Positions 19,131-29,874 are shown, counted from the first letter of the stretch. The stretch is DNA of 64,000 nucleotides from Pseudomonadota bacterium (GCA_021324455.1 JAJPJA010000159.1:39239-103238); one strand, 5' to 3'. Notes: generated from the sequence alone by a model not told the origin. Made by a program: numbers and translations.

Positions 19131-19850
19131 TCACAGGCTGTAATACCAGGGATAACCCTGATCCTCCCAGTAGCCCCATCGGCGTACGACGTTGGTGACC
19201 TCCAGGCTGGTGAGGTACTTGGCGGATTTGTAACCGATTTTGGTCGGCAGCAGCAGCCGCAGCGGCGCGCCATGCCCCGGCAGCAGCGGCTCGCCGTACA
19301 TCTCGTAGCACAGCAGCGAGTTGGGCTGCATCGCGCACGCCATATCGAGCGATTCGTAGTAGTTGTCGGCGCACTCGACGTAGATGAAGCGGGCGGAGGG
19401 ATCGGCGCCGACGAACTTCAGAAAATCGCCGATTCGCGCCCCGCCGAAATTGCCGATCACGTCCCATCCTTCGACGCAGACGTGGCGCGTATTCTGTCTG
19501 ACTTTGGGCACGCTCTGGATCTGCGCCAGCGTGTACTCGCCCGGCCGCTTGACCAGTCCGCCCACCTTAAGCCGCCATTTGTCCGTGTCGATCTCCGGAT
19601 CGAGCACGTCGTAATAGTTGTAGGGAAAGCGCTTGAGCGGGGCCACCGCGGAATCCGGATAGGTGGCTGCACGATGCCCGCTGCGATACCACAGCGACGC
19701 CGCCCATCCGTTGAACCGCTCACCCGCACTGAGCAGAGCCGCGCGTGCCGGCGGCACCGCGAAGGCGCCCAGCGCGATCAGCGGGGTCATCTTGAGCAGT
19801 TCGCGCCGGTTCATTCGCGCAAACGTGCGGCGGTCGATGCGCATGTCCAT
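19131..19850 (-). CDS. Sulfite-oxidase-family molybdopterin oxidoreductase (MsrP/YedY-like)
   Basis: Tat-like NRRELLK, HVCVEGW Mo-ligand Cys, HGAPLRL, GYKSAK, GYWEDQGY. Confidence 0.9.
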   Translation of the reverse strand: MDMRIDRRTFARMNRRELLKMTPLIALGAFAVPPARAALLSAGERFNGWAASLWYRSGHRAATYPDSAVAPLKRFPYNYYDVLDPEIDTDKWRLKVGGLVKRPGEYTLAQIQSVPKVRQNTRHVCVEGWDVIGNFGGARIGDFLKFVGADPSARFIYVECADNYYESLDMACAMQPNSLLCYEMYGEPLLPGHGAPLRLLLPTKIGYKSAKYLTSLEVTNVVRRWGYWEDQGYPWYYSL

Positions 19851-19939
19851 GGCCTTTATCGTCCAACCTCAAGCATACGCCGCCCGCGCCTGATATTGAA
19901 TGCTCCGATGCGGGAGAAGGTTTTACTCCGGGCGGCGTC

Positions 19940-20749
19940 TCAGGGAGCGCCGGGCCGGGCCATCCCGCCCGGCGTGGGAATATCCATGGAGACCGCGAGC
20001 ACCCTGAACGCCGAGTCGGAAACCACCACCGCGCCCTGGTAAGGCGTCGCCAGTTCGCTGATGGCGAGAATCGTCAACCCGATCAGCGCGGCGAAGGTCC
20101 CGCACATCAGGGCCTGCTGACGAAAGCGGCGGGTGACGAAAAAATAACTGAATCCCAGCGTGATCGCGCAGCCGACGTAGATGACGATCCAGATCACCGA
20201 AGGCAGGTCCTCGCTGTAATAGACGTATCTCAATCGGCGCAGGTCGCTGAGCTGCGTAACCTGGTCGATGCTTTTATCCAGAAAAACCTGTTCCTGAGCG
20301 TTGGCCGGTACGGCCCTGAAAAGGATCTCCCACAAGCGCTGGACCGGAGTCTGATCGGGCGGGAACTTTCCGTCCGCCATTTCGCGCCACTCCGAATGCA
20401 GCACATTGTAAGCATAGGCGCGCAGCTCCTTGCGCATCTCGCTGCGAACCGGATCGCCCAGTCCCCGCGCCAAATTGAAGAGATTGGAGACCGCCAGGCT
20501 CTCCGCCTGCACCTGCTCGTTGGCGCGTTCGAAGCGCTGCCACACCGCGACGATCACGAACGCCAGCACCACGCCGTAAAACGCGCCGATTACGCCGAAG
20601 GTAAAGCCGGCCACGTCATGATCGGTCCTGAGCGCCTCCGGCTCGACCCTGCGCCGCACCAGGTAAAGACCGCCCACCGTGATACCGGCGAATACGGCGG
20701 TAATCAACAGCGCCTGAACCAAAGTCGGAAGAAATTCAATAACGTCCAT
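19940..20749 (-). CDS. DUF4239/bestrophin-like membrane protein
   Basis: DVAGFTFGVIGAFYGVVLAFVIVAVW; four TMs; terminal PYQG motif. Confidence 0.75.
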   Translation of the reverse strand: MDVIEFLPTLVQALLITAVFAGITVGGLYLVRRRVEPEALRTDHDVAGFTFGVIGAFYGVVLAFVIVAVWQRFERANEQVQAESLAVSNLFNLARGLGDPVRSEMRKELRAYAYNVLHSEWREMADGKFPPDQTPVQRLWEILFRAVPANAQEQVFLDKSIDQVTQLSDLRRLRYVYYSEDLPSVIWIVIYVGCAITLGFSYFFVTRRFRQQALMCGTFAALIGLTILAISELATPYQGAVVVSDSAFRVLAVSMDIPTPGGMARPGAP

Positions 20750-20945
20750 AGCCAGCCCTCGAGTCCGCGGACCGCGGCCAGATCGCAGGTCCGCACCGAA
20801 ATTGGAATCAAGCCAAACAGAGCAGGAATTTCATCCATTTGCGAGACGTTTGCAGCGGCTCCGCGCGGCGGCCGCAAGCTGGACACCGCGCATATTCTTG
20901 CGGTTAACACGGCCTCTGTGGGACCTTTCCCTCGGAGGAAAACTT

Positions 20946-21893
20946 ATGAGCGATCATCCACTGCGCTTCGGCATCCAGACTCCGCAGCAGCAGGCGCAAT
21001 GGAGCGACCTGCGCGGCTTGTGGCAGAAGGCGGACCGATGGGGTTACGACTCGCTGTGGGTCTTCGATCATTTCTATCCGATCATGGGCGCCGACCCCGC
21101 CGGGCCGTGCCTGGAGGGATGGACCGTGCTGAGCGCGCTGAGCCAGCAGACCAGCCGCGCCCGAATCGGCGCACTGGTCAACGGCAACACTTACCGCAAC
21201 CCATGCATCACGGCGAAGATGGCGGCGACCCTGGACCATCTGAGCGGCGGGCGTTTCGTGCTTGGGATCGGCGCCGGATGGTACGAGTTGGAGCACAACA
21301 GCTTCGGCGTCGAGTTCAAAACCGTACCATGGCGGCTGCGCGCGCTGGACGAAGCCTGTCAGATCGTCAAAGGCATGTTCACGCAGGATAAGTTCACGCT
21401 GCACGGCAAGCATTACCAGGTCACCGACGCGGTATGCAGTCCCAAACCGCTCCAGCAGCCGCATCCGCCGCTGATGGTGGCGGGAACCGGCGAAAAAGTT
21501 TTGCTAAGGATCGTCGCCAAATACGCCAACCTGTGGAACTCGGGCGGCAGCGCCGAGCGGATCGGACATCTGATCGCGGTGCTCAAGCGCCATTGCGACG
21601 CGATCGGCCGCGACGCCGATGAAATCGAAAAGACCCTGATCACGTCGCTGTGCTATCGCGCCGGCCCGGACCGGGAGAAGCAGGTGACGGCGCGCGCCGC
21701 CGCGATGAGCCGCGGTACTGCGCAGGAAGCGCGCCGGAATATGGTGATCGGCGGCGCCGACGAATGCCTGGAGACCATCGAGCGCTATCGCAAGGCCGGA
21801 GTTACTCATTTCATCTTCTCGATGACACCGCCGTACATGGAAGACGAAATCCAGGGCTTTGCCGAAGACATATTCCCCGGGGTGCGCGGTTAG
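20946..21893 (+). CDS. LLM-class (probably F420-dependent) oxidoreductase
   Basis: SLWVFDHF, EGWTVL, GNTYRNP, SGGRFVLGIGAGW, PKPLQQPHPP. Confidence 0.9.
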   Translation: MSDHPLRFGIQTPQQQAQWSDLRGLWQKADRWGYDSLWVFDHFYPIMGADPAGPCLEGWTVLSALSQQTSRARIGALVNGNTYRNPCITAKMAATLDHLSGGRFVLGIGAGWYELEHNSFGVEFKTVPWRLRALDEACQIVKGMFTQDKFTLHGKHYQVTDAVCSPKPLQQPHPPLMVAGTGEKVLLRIVAKYANLWNSGGSAERIGHLIAVLKRHCDAIGRDADEIEKTLITSLCYRAGPDREKQVTARAAAMSRGTAQEARRNMVIGGADECLETIERYRKAGVTHFIFSMTPPYMEDEIQGFAEDIFPGVRG

Positions 21894-22029
21894 CGGTGTA
21901 CCGCGTGTGTGAATTCGGGCCGCGGCGGCAATTCAACCTGTTGGCGCCGCAGCAAATATGCGGTACGACTAGAACAGCGGCGGCGGGACGTTCCTATCGC
22001 CCGCACGACAGATCGCAGAGAAGAGCAAG

Positions 22030-22566
22030 ATGGCACAGGGAACCAAGCTAGCTACTTTCGGAGCCGGATGCTTCTGGCATGTCGAGGCGGCATTCGCCGC
22101 GTTGGACGGCGTGGTCTCAACACAGGTCGGCTATATGGGCGGGACCGTGCCCAACCCCAGCTATGAGATGGTTTGCACCGATGGCACCGGCCACGCCGAG
22201 GTGGTTCAAGTCGAATACGACCCCGGCGTGATTTCGTACGAGCAGTTGCTTGAGCTTTACTGGGACCTGCACGACCCGACTTCCCTTAACCGGCAGGGAC
22301 CGGATATCGGCTCGCAGTACCGGTCGGTGATTTTCTTCCATGATGCGCAACAGGAAGGTGCGGCGCGGGCCGCGGTTCGCGCGCTGCAGGAAGCGGGGCG
22401 CTACGATCGTCCGATCGTAACCGAGATCGTGCCGGCGGCGGAGTTCTATCGCGCCGAGGAATATCATCAGCAGTACTTCGCGCGGCATTTCGGCCTGTCC
22501 CCGCAGCAGGCGGCGTTGGCCTGTGCCGTCGGCACCCCGGCGATGCGCCACGTCAAGAAGCCATAA
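22030..22566 (+). CDS. msrA: Peptide-methionine (S)-S-oxide reductase
   Basis: [35 protein letters not shown]. Confidence 0.96.
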   Translation: MAQGTKLATFGAGCFWHVEAAFAALDGVVSTQVGYMGGTVPNPSYEMVCTDGTGHAEVVQVEYDPGVISYEQLLELYWDLHDPTSLNRQGPDIGSQYRSVIFFHDAQQEGAARAAVRALQEAGRYDRPIVTEIVPAAEFYRAEEYHQQYFARHFGLSPQQAALACAVGTPAMRHVKKP

Positions 22567-22695
22567 TCTTTGGTTGCGTCCCTCCGGCCTGGGATTGCTC
22601 GCCCGCGGACTGAACGACGAAAGTGGAGAGCCTGCCGCGGAACCGGAAACTCGTTGCCGGGAGGGACGCCGCGCCATCATCGAAACGGGATAAAC

Positions 22696-22732
22696 AAAGA
22701 CGGCCGGAGAGGGGTGCTCCGGCCGTCTCTTT
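22696..22732. terminator. Probable bidirectional intrinsic terminator
   Basis: AGACGGCCGGAG / CTCCGGCCGTCT 12-bp stem flanked by A- and T-rich tracts, between convergent msrA and thiolase. Confidence 0.7.
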
Positions 22733-22750
22733 GCCGCGCTTTACAGCCGG

Positions 22751-23995
22751 TTACATCCGCTCCAGGATGGTGGCTATCCCCATGCCGCCGCCGATACACA
22801 TCGTTACCAGCGCGGTGGTCTTGTCGCGGCGCTCCAGTTCGTCGAGCACCGTGCCGACCAGCATCGCACCGGTGGCGCCCAGCGGATGCCCCAGCGCGAT
22901 CGCGCCGCCATTGACGTTGACCTTGTCGCGCGGGATACCGATGTCCTTCATCACCTTCAGCGGAATCGCCGCGAAGGCTTCGTTGATTTCCCACAGGTCG
23001 ATATCATTGGCCGTCATCTTCGCCTTCTGCAGCGCGCGCTTGCTGGCGGGCACCGGCGCCGTCAGCATGATGATCGGCTCGTCTCCGTAGGTCGCGGTCT
23101 GCAGGATGCGTGCGCGCGGCTTGAGCCCGTGGGCCTTGGCGTAATCCGGCGACGCCAACAGCACCACGCCGGCTCCATCCACGATGCCGCTGGAGTTGCC
23201 CGGAGTATGGACGTGGTTGATCACTTCGGCCTGCGCGTAGCGGGTCTTGGCCTTCTGGTCGAAGGTGAGCGGGCCGTCCTTCATGCGATAGCCGCCGCCG
23301 TTGGGATGGGTTCCGGCAAATGAGGGTTCCAGCTTGGCCAGCCCTTCCATGGTGGTGTTGGCGCGCGGATGCTCGTCGTGATCGAGCACCACCTTGCCCT
23401 CGCCGTTTTTGACCGGAATCAGGCTCTTTTTGAAGTAGCCTTTCTCCATCGCGTTCTTGCACATCATCTGCGACTCGTAGGCGAAGCGGTCGCAGTCCTC
23501 GCGCGAGAAGCCTTCCAGGGTGGCGATCAGATCGGCGGACACCCCCTGCGGGACCAGCGGATGGAGTTCGCGCAGATGGCGGTTGTGGCCGTCCAGACCG
23601 GAGCCGTCGGCACCCATCGGAACCCGCGACATGCTTTCCACACCGCCGCCGACCACCAAATCCTGCTGGCCCGCCATTACCCCCATCGCGGCGAAGTTGA
23701 CCGCCTGAAGGCCCGAGCCGCAGAAACGGTTGAGCGACACGCCCGTGGCCTCGTTGGGCCATCCCGCGGCCAGCACCGCCATCCGTGCGATACATCCGCC
23801 CTGCTCGCCGACTTCGCTGACGGTGCCGACGACCACGTCCTCGACGTCGCGTTTCTCGATCCCGTGGCGGTCGACCAGGGCGTTGAGCGCCTGGGCGAAC
23901 AGTTCCTGCGGATGAATCCCGGACAGCGCTCCGGAATCCTTTTTGCCGCGGCCCCGCGGCGTTCTGACGCAATCGATAATCCAGGCTTCGCTCAT
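22751..23995 (-). CDS. Acetyl-CoA C-acyltransferase (thiolase)
   Basis: [28 protein letters not shown] catalytic motifs. Confidence 0.95.
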   Translation of the reverse strand: MSEAWIIDCVRTPRGRGKKDSGALSGIHPQELFAQALNALVDRHGIEKRDVEDVVVGTVSEVGEQGGCIARMAVLAAGWPNEATGVSLNRFCGSGLQAVNFAAMGVMAGQQDLVVGGGVESMSRVPMGADGSGLDGHNRHLRELHPLVPQGVSADLIATLEGFSREDCDRFAYESQMMCKNAMEKGYFKKSLIPVKNGEGKVVLDHDEHPRANTTMEGLAKLEPSFAGTHPNGGGYRMKDGPLTFDQKAKTRYAQAEVINHVHTPGNSSGIVDGAGVVLLASPDYAKAHGLKPRARILQTATYGDEPIIMLTAPVPASKRALQKAKMTANDIDLWEINEAFAAIPLKVMKDIGIPRDKVNVNGGAIALGHPLGATGAMLVGTVLDELERRDKTTALVTMCIGGGMGIATILERM

Positions 23996-24133
23996 GATTA
24001 AGAAATCTCCCTTAAATTTGGTTCGCTAATTCCAAGTGCCGGCCTTAAAGCTGCGCGCCGCATGCTGCGGGCGGCGCTTTGACCCATCATTCAGCGCATC
24101 GTGCCGTTGTGTCAAACCTGACGAAGGCCGCGT

Positions 24134-25222
24134 TCAGCCCAACTGCGGCATCACCGCCGCCCGCGTCACCTCGCGCCGCTCGCTTTTGTCCAGCGCCTCG
24201 GCCGCCCGCGACAGCGGAAATCTGGCGTCGCACAACTCGCCATAGGGATAGCGGTCGATGTGCAGGCTCAGGAAGTCGAGCGCCTTCTTGAGATAATGCG
24301 GCGGATAGCCGGTCATCGCGATCACCTGGATCGACTTCATGGTCAACGTCGAGGGCGGAAACTCAATCGTCAGGCTGCGCGAGATGTTGCCCAACTCCAG
24401 CACCAGGCCGCCCGCGCGCACCATCGCGAGCGCCTCGCTGAACGCCTGCGGGACACCCGCGACTTCCAGCACCGCGTCGGGTCCGGGGCCGCCGGTGAGT
24501 TCGCGGACGCGGGCGGTGCGGGCGCGCGCGTCGGGATATTGGCGGATGTCGATAATTTCATCGGCGCCGAAGCGGCGCGCGTGATTCAGCCGCCCATCGA
24601 CGCCGTCGATCGCTATAACATACGCGCCGCGGGCCCTGGCGATCGCAATCGCATGCAGCCCCAGTCCGCCGGCGCCCTGCACTACCAGCGAGTCGCCATA
24701 ACCGATACGTCCGCGATCCAGCGCCCAGAACACCTGCGACATCGCGCAGTTGGCCGAAGCGGCCACCTCGTCGGGCACATTGTCGGGAACGCGGTAGAAG
24801 ATCTGTTCGGGGCGGATGAAGTAATGGGTCGAGAAGCCGGCGGTGAAATGCGGCGGATGGTCGGGATGCGGATTGCCGGGCAGCGGATTCAGACAGGCGG
24901 CATGATTTCCCGACACACAGTTCCTGCATCGGTAGCACACCCGGAAGTACACCGGCGCGATGCGGTCGCCGGGTTTGATCGGCGCGCCGGCGCAATCCCT
25001 GCTGACCCCGCCGCCCAAAGCCGCCACGCGTCCGGCCAGCTCATGCCCCGGCATCATGCCGCGTCCGGCCATGAATTCGCCCTTCCAGACGTGCAGCTCC
25101 GAACCGCAGACGTTGCTCTGGGTCACCTCCAGCAGCGTCCAGCCGGGCTGCACCTGGGAAACTTCGTATTCGTGGAATTCCAGCGTATGCGCCGCCGGCA
25201 TGAACGCGATTTTGCCTTTCAT
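24134..25222 (-). CDS. Zn-dependent alcohol dehydrogenase (MDR)
   Basis: CGSE, GHE, CYRCRNC-C structural Zn, GAGGLG. Confidence 0.9.
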   Translation of the reverse strand: MKGKIAFMPAAHTLEFHEYEVSQVQPGWTLLEVTQSNVCGSELHVWKGEFMAGRGMMPGHELAGRVAALGGGVSRDCAGAPIKPGDRIAPVYFRVCYRCRNCVSGNHAACLNPLPGNPHPDHPPHFTAGFSTHYFIRPEQIFYRVPDNVPDEVAASANCAMSQVFWALDRGRIGYGDSLVVQGAGGLGLHAIAIARARGAYVIAIDGVDGRLNHARRFGADEIIDIRQYPDARARTARVRELTGGPGPDAVLEVAGVPQAFSEALAMVRAGGLVLELGNISRSLTIEFPPSTLTMKSIQVIAMTGYPPHYLKKALDFLSLHIDRYPYGELCDARFPLSRAAEALDKSERREVTRAAVMPQLG

Positions 25223-25259
25223 CTGATGCTCCCAATCAATTGAGCGCGGGTTTGAATCA

Positions 25260-26276
25260 TCATCGGAACTCCGGCATTACCTTGGACGCGAACAACTCCA
25301 TATGCTCGCGCATCACGCCCGGTGGACAGGCGGCCTCGTTCATGATGAAGGTCAGCGTCGTGGTATGCATCGCCTGCGCGTACTGGCGAATCGCCTTGAC
25401 CGCCTGATTGGGAGTAAGCACCGTCAGCAGTCCGGTTTTGCGCAGCTCCTCCTTGTTGCTGACCGGCGGGTAAAGCGGCGGCGTGTTCCAGTTGAGCATC
25501 CACACCGAATAGCATTCGATGGCGTGGATGACGTAGGGCGCGATTTGGTCCCAGGCCCGTTCCGGATCGTTGGACACGTACTGCCAGGCCGGACCGTTGG
25601 CCAGAAACGCTTTGGAGGGATCCTTGCCCAGCTTCTTCAGTTCCTCCAGATAAATCCTTACGCTGTCCGGCTCGCCCGAGAGCAACCCGTCGCCCATGCG
25701 CGCCGCGCGCCTGACCGCGTTGGGCGCAAAGCCGCCGATATACATCGGCGGACGCGGCTGCTGCACCGGCCGCGGCGTCAGCCTGGTCTTCTCGCACTGT
25801 AAGTATCTGCCTTTGAAGGTGACGGTCTCGCCTTCCCACAGGCGGCGGATTATTTCCAGCATCTCGTCCGCGCGCCGGCTGCGCTGCTTCATCTCCATCC
25901 CGTAGCCCATGAACTCCTCGGGCCGATAGCCCAGCCCGAAGCCGAACTCGTAGCGGCCGCCCGAGAGGATATCGAGCACGGCGCCGTCCTCGGCCAGCCG
26001 CACCGGATGATAAAACGGCAGTAGGCCGACAAAGGTGCCGAGCCGAATTCGTTTGGTGCGCATCGCAATCGCCGTCAGCAGCATCAGCGGCGACGGCGCC
26101 CAGTCGTCGTCGGTGAAGTGATGCTCGGTGATGTAGATCGAGTCGTAGCCGAGGTCCTCGGCCATCACGATGCTGTCGATGATTTCATGATAGAGCCGGG
26201 TGGGATCGCGGCGCCATTTGCCGGGATTTCGGAAATGGACCACGGGCGCGAATTTCAACTTGATGTCTTGAGCCAT
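25260..26276 (-). CDS. LLM-class flavin-dependent oxidoreductase
   Basis: ITEHHF, HPVRLAED, SGGRYEFGFGLGYR, PRPVQQPRPP. Confidence 0.9.
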   Translation of the reverse strand: MAQDIKLKFAPVVHFRNPGKWRRDPTRLYHEIIDSIVMAEDLGYDSIYITEHHFTDDDWAPSPLMLLTAIAMRTKRIRLGTFVGLLPFYHPVRLAEDGAVLDILSGGRYEFGFGLGYRPEEFMGYGMEMKQRSRRADEMLEIIRRLWEGETVTFKGRYLQCEKTRLTPRPVQQPRPPMYIGGFAPNAVRRAARMGDGLLSGEPDSVRIYLEELKKLGKDPSKAFLANGPAWQYVSNDPERAWDQIAPYVIHAIECYSVWMLNWNTPPLYPPVSNKEELRKTGLLTVLTPNQAVKAIRQYAQAMHTTTLTFIMNEAACPPGVMREHMELFASKVMPEFR

Positions 26277-26437
26277 CGGCGGCCTCCGGAGTGCGGATAT
26301 ACGATAACGGACGTTCAGCTTCAAGCCGGCTTCCGTGCGCTGAAAACAAAGCCTGAAAGGGAAAAAATATGAGCAACCAGGAAAACTTTGTTGAACATAA
26401 AGCTACTTTTTGCTACAAACGGGGCCGGAGGACAAAA

Positions 26438-26824
26438 ATGGTGCGTTCAGGCAAAAAGACCGCGATATTTACTCTGGCTGGAATGGTTGCCCTGTGGGTG
26501 GCGGGCACCGCGTGGGCGGACGGTTCAAGCCTCAAGGGCGACGATCCGGTGCTCTGCTGTCAGGACGCCTCGCTGCGTCCCACAACGACCCCCGTGGCCG
26601 GCGGCGGATCCGGTATTTTCATCTTCAAGGGCTGCCAGGCAATTGACGCCGGCCCCACCGCCTTCAACCGCTGCGACGGGCTGGTGATCAACTGTGCCGA
26701 GACCCCCGCGGCGTGCGTGCCGGACCCCAAACTCGGGGGCAAAGATTGCATCTGCGGCGTCAACCTGAATCTCGACGTCCTGCTCAACCTGACCCCGCTG
26801 GCCGGTTCCACCCCGACACATTAA
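26438..26824 (+). CDS. Small secreted cysteine-rich protein
   Basis: GGAGG SD; signal peptide ending AWA; 8 Cys (CC-C-C-C-C-CxC) in a ~100-aa mature part. Confidence 0.7.
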   Translation: MVRSGKKTAIFTLAGMVALWVAGTAWADGSSLKGDDPVLCCQDASLRPTTTPVAGGGSGIFIFKGCQAIDAGPTAFNRCDGLVINCAETPAACVPDPKLGGKDCICGVNLNLDVLLNLTPLAGSTPTH

Positions 26825-26976
26825 GCCGCTTTGCCCCGGCAGGCCGCCGCAATGGCCCGGCCTGCCGGCCCAATCCCGCAACCGATCGCCGACGCCGGTT
26901 GACATCCGCCGCGGGGAACAGACAGATGTAAGCCGAAGACGGGAGACGGTCCCGTATTCGACTGGAGGCATCGCAC

Positions 26977-27984
26977 ATGGCTTACAATCTGACCATCGGA
27001 GTCGGATGGGAAGGCAAACCCGATTTTCCCGGATTGATCGAACGCGCCAGAACCGCGGAGGGGGCGGGAATCCATTCCATCTGGCTGGCGGAAGCCTGGG
27101 GGCATGACGCCTTTACCCTGCTGACACTGGTGGCCGAGCATACCAGGCGCATCCTGATCGGCACCTTCATCGTCAACATTTACGGCCGCACTCCGGGCGC
27201 CTACGCGCAGCATTTCGGCACCCTGGACGCGCTCAGCGAAGGCCGCATGATCATCGGGCTTGGAACGACGAGCGCCAACGTGGCCGAACATTTTCACGGC
27301 GTCAAGTTCCAGCCCGCCGTGACCCGGATGCGCGAGTACATCGACATCATCAACCTGCTGATGGCGGGGATGCCGCTGAAGTATGACGGCAAGCTGTTCA
27401 AGCTGCAGCGCGGCTTCACACTGCGTTTCGAGCCGGTGCGCAAACATATCCCGATTTATATCGGCGCGATGAATCCCAGAAGCGTCGCGCTGACGGCGCA
27501 AAAAGCCGACGGATGGTTTCCGGTGGATATTCCCGTCAGCCGCCTGGGCCAGGCGATCGACGACTTCCGCGCCATCGCGCAGGCGGCCGGGCGCGACCCG
27601 ATGGCGATCGACATCATGGCTCCGGGGTCGGTGGTTGTGACCCGCAACGTGGAGCGCGCCAAAACCGCGCACGCCAGCGGACTGGCCTTTTACGCCGGCC
27701 GCATGGGCACCTTCTATTCGGAGCAGCTTACCCGCTACGGCTTTGGCGACGAGGTGAAAAAAATCAAGCAGGCGTGGGACGCGCGCGACGCCAGGGCCGC
27801 GGCCGCGGCGGTGTCGCCGCGGATGCTGAGCGAGATGTGCTGCGTGGTCGAACCGGGCGACGTCGGCGCCGCGCGCGAGCGGCTGGCCGCGCAACAGTCC
27901 GCCGGCGCGACCCTGCATCGCGTGGAGATAGTGGAGCGCGACCCGGCCGCGTTCAATAAGATCGTCGAGTCGCTGTTGAAGTGA
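26977..27984 (+). CDS. LLM-class (Mer-like, probably F420-dependent) oxidoreductase
   Basis: WLAEAWGHDAF, SEGRMIIGLG, IPIYIGAMNPR; GGAGG SD. Confidence 0.88.
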   Translation: MAYNLTIGVGWEGKPDFPGLIERARTAEGAGIHSIWLAEAWGHDAFTLLTLVAEHTRRILIGTFIVNIYGRTPGAYAQHFGTLDALSEGRMIIGLGTTSANVAEHFHGVKFQPAVTRMREYIDIINLLMAGMPLKYDGKLFKLQRGFTLRFEPVRKHIPIYIGAMNPRSVALTAQKADGWFPVDIPVSRLGQAIDDFRAIAQAAGRDPMAIDIMAPGSVVVTRNVERAKTAHASGLAFYAGRMGTFYSEQLTRYGFGDEVKKIKQAWDARDARAAAAAVSPRMLSEMCCVVEPGDVGAARERLAAQQSAGATLHRVEIVERDPAAFNKIVESLLK

Positions 27985-28466
27985 GTTTCTCGGTGCGATC
28001 CGGGTTTCCGATCCGCTCGCGATCCGCAAGAGCGTCGAACAACGCCAGCAAAGGCGCAAAACCGGTCGTTTCTCTTACCTTTCCGCCCTTTGCTCAACGG
28101 GCGCGGCTGATGGCGCCGGGCGCGCTTACAGCAGCGGGCTCCCCTCGCTCAGGAAGGAATTGACGACTGGATCGGATTTGCGGTCCCCTTTTCTGCAAGT
28201 GTCATTTCCGGTCCCTGCTCCCGCATTCTTTCGTGCGAGAGATTCAAGATAAGGGCGCCGCATACAGTTACAGCAGGGCGTTATCCCCGGTTGTTCGGAG
28301 CGGAGTGTGCAAAGCGGGGGATCTCAACCCAGGCCGGCTGAACGGCGCCGGACCGAATCGAGAAGATTCTGGCTTCGCGGCATTGGCTGGGAGTTGCCTC
28401 GCCGCGCTCGGTCGGTTGGGAAATCACATCAGGACTTGAAACTATAATTTCACAGCCAGGCGGCAC

Positions 28467-29315
28467 TTGAAGCTGTCCCTCATAATCGCGACGCATAACC
28501 GCGCCGAATCGCTTTCCAGACTGCTGGGCAGCCTCGCTGGCCAAATCATTGCGGGTGAGCATGAAATTCTGATCGCCGACAACGGCACGCCCTCGCCTTC
28601 GCCGGTGCCGGCCGGCGCCGCGATTGCGCATCATCTGCACGATCCCGCGCCGGGCAAATGCCGCGTCCAGAATCGCGCCATCTCCAGAGCTCAGGGAGAG
28701 ATCGTCGCGATGATTGACGACGACCTGATCGCCGGCCGAGGCTACCTCGCGGCAATCGAAAGTTTCTTCCGCGATCATCCGCAATTCGCCGCGATGAAAG
28801 GCAAAGTCCTGCCCGCGCAGGATCCGGCGCAAATCGCGGGCGACAAATGGCCCTACATGGATTTGCCGATTGTCGATCACGGCCCGGCAGTATGCGAAGT
28901 CCCGGGCGTGCTCGGCGCCAACATGGCGTTTCGCGCCGGCGTCTTCTCGCAGGTCGGACTATTCGATGAACGTCTGGGACCGGGAGCATGCGGTCATGAA
29001 GAGGACACGGAGATGTCGAAGCGGCTGCGCGCGGCCGGCTTGCGCATCGGCTACTGCCCCGACGCGCTGCTTTATCACGAAGTCGACGCGGCGCGGGCCG
29101 ACCGCGCCCGTTTCATACGCATCGCGCGCGAACGCGGCCGCTGCCGGATCCTGCATGAGCATCACAGCCGACCCGAAGTCCTGATGAACGCCGCGTATGC
29201 CGGCCTCAGAGCGGCCCTGGCGCGTACGCTGCGCGCGTCAAGCGAACGCCGGGCACGCGAGGAGCGCCGCTTCGCCACGGCGTTGGGCATGCTGGACGGG
29301 CTGCGCGGATGTTAA
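28467..29315 (+). CDS. Family 2 glycosyltransferase
   Basis: SLIIATHNR, ADNG, IDDD (DxD), GANMAFR, FDERLG, EED. Confidence 0.88.
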   Translation: MKLSLIIATHNRAESLSRLLGSLAGQIIAGEHEILIADNGTPSPSPVPAGAAIAHHLHDPAPGKCRVQNRAISRAQGEIVAMIDDDLIAGRGYLAAIESFFRDHPQFAAMKGKVLPAQDPAQIAGDKWPYMDLPIVDHGPAVCEVPGVLGANMAFRAGVFSQVGLFDERLGPGACGHEEDTEMSKRLRAAGLRIGYCPDALLYHEVDAARADRARFIRIARERGRCRILHEHHSRPEVLMNAAYAGLRAALARTLRASSERRAREERRFATALGMLDGLRGC

Positions 29316-29364
29316 AAGCAGCGCCGTTTGCGTCGGTCTGAGGGAGCGGAAAACGGGTTGTCCT

Positions 29365-29844
29365 TCAGTACTTCCCGCCCAGCTTGGAATGATCCCAACT
29401 GGTAATCTTCTCGGGCACGATCTTCAGTACGACCCGCTTCGGCATGCTGGCTGAGGCTTCGCGCGGGACGCCCGAGGCGCCGCCCTGCGCGTCGCCCATC
29501 CGCCGCCACGCCATCTGCACCTGCGAGGCGTCTTCAATAATCTCGCAATGGCCGCGCACCAGCACACCCTTAAGCTCGTTGTAGATGCGCCCGGTCTCCA
29601 CCATCAGGCCGACCTTCGGATTGCGCCGGATATTCACCACCTTCTGCGCCTTGCCGTAGGAGGTCATGTAAAAGACGCCGTCGCGATAGACGTAGTTCAT
29701 CGCCACAACATGGGGGAATCCATGCTGGTCCAAAGTGGCGAGCGCGGCCTTCTGGTTGTTGGTAAGAAAAGCTTCCTGCTCTTGGGGCGTGAACTTGATC
29801 GATTTTCGTTTACCGGGCATCAGCTTCTTCCTGGCCAGGGTCAT
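29365..29844 (-). CDS. Pyridoxamine 5'-phosphate oxidase-like (PPOX class) protein
   Basis: LATLD-GFPHVV, KAQKVVNIRRNPKV, SWDHSKLGG. Confidence 0.85.
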   Translation of the reverse strand: MTLARKKLMPGKRKSIKFTPQEQEAFLTNNQKAALATLDQHGFPHVVAMNYVYRDGVFYMTSYGKAQKVVNIRRNPKVGLMVETGRIYNELKGVLVRGHCEIIEDASQVQMAWRRMGDAQGGASGVPREASASMPKRVVLKIVPEKITSWDHSKLGGKY

Positions 29845-29874
29845 CCAGCGATATCACCGCGATGACGTTGCCGA

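Noticed and set aside
22609..22652. Hammerhead-like CTGA..GA..GAAA
   Set aside because: Spacing departs from CUGANGA and stems I-III cannot be built; it also lacks the SRP helix-8 motif
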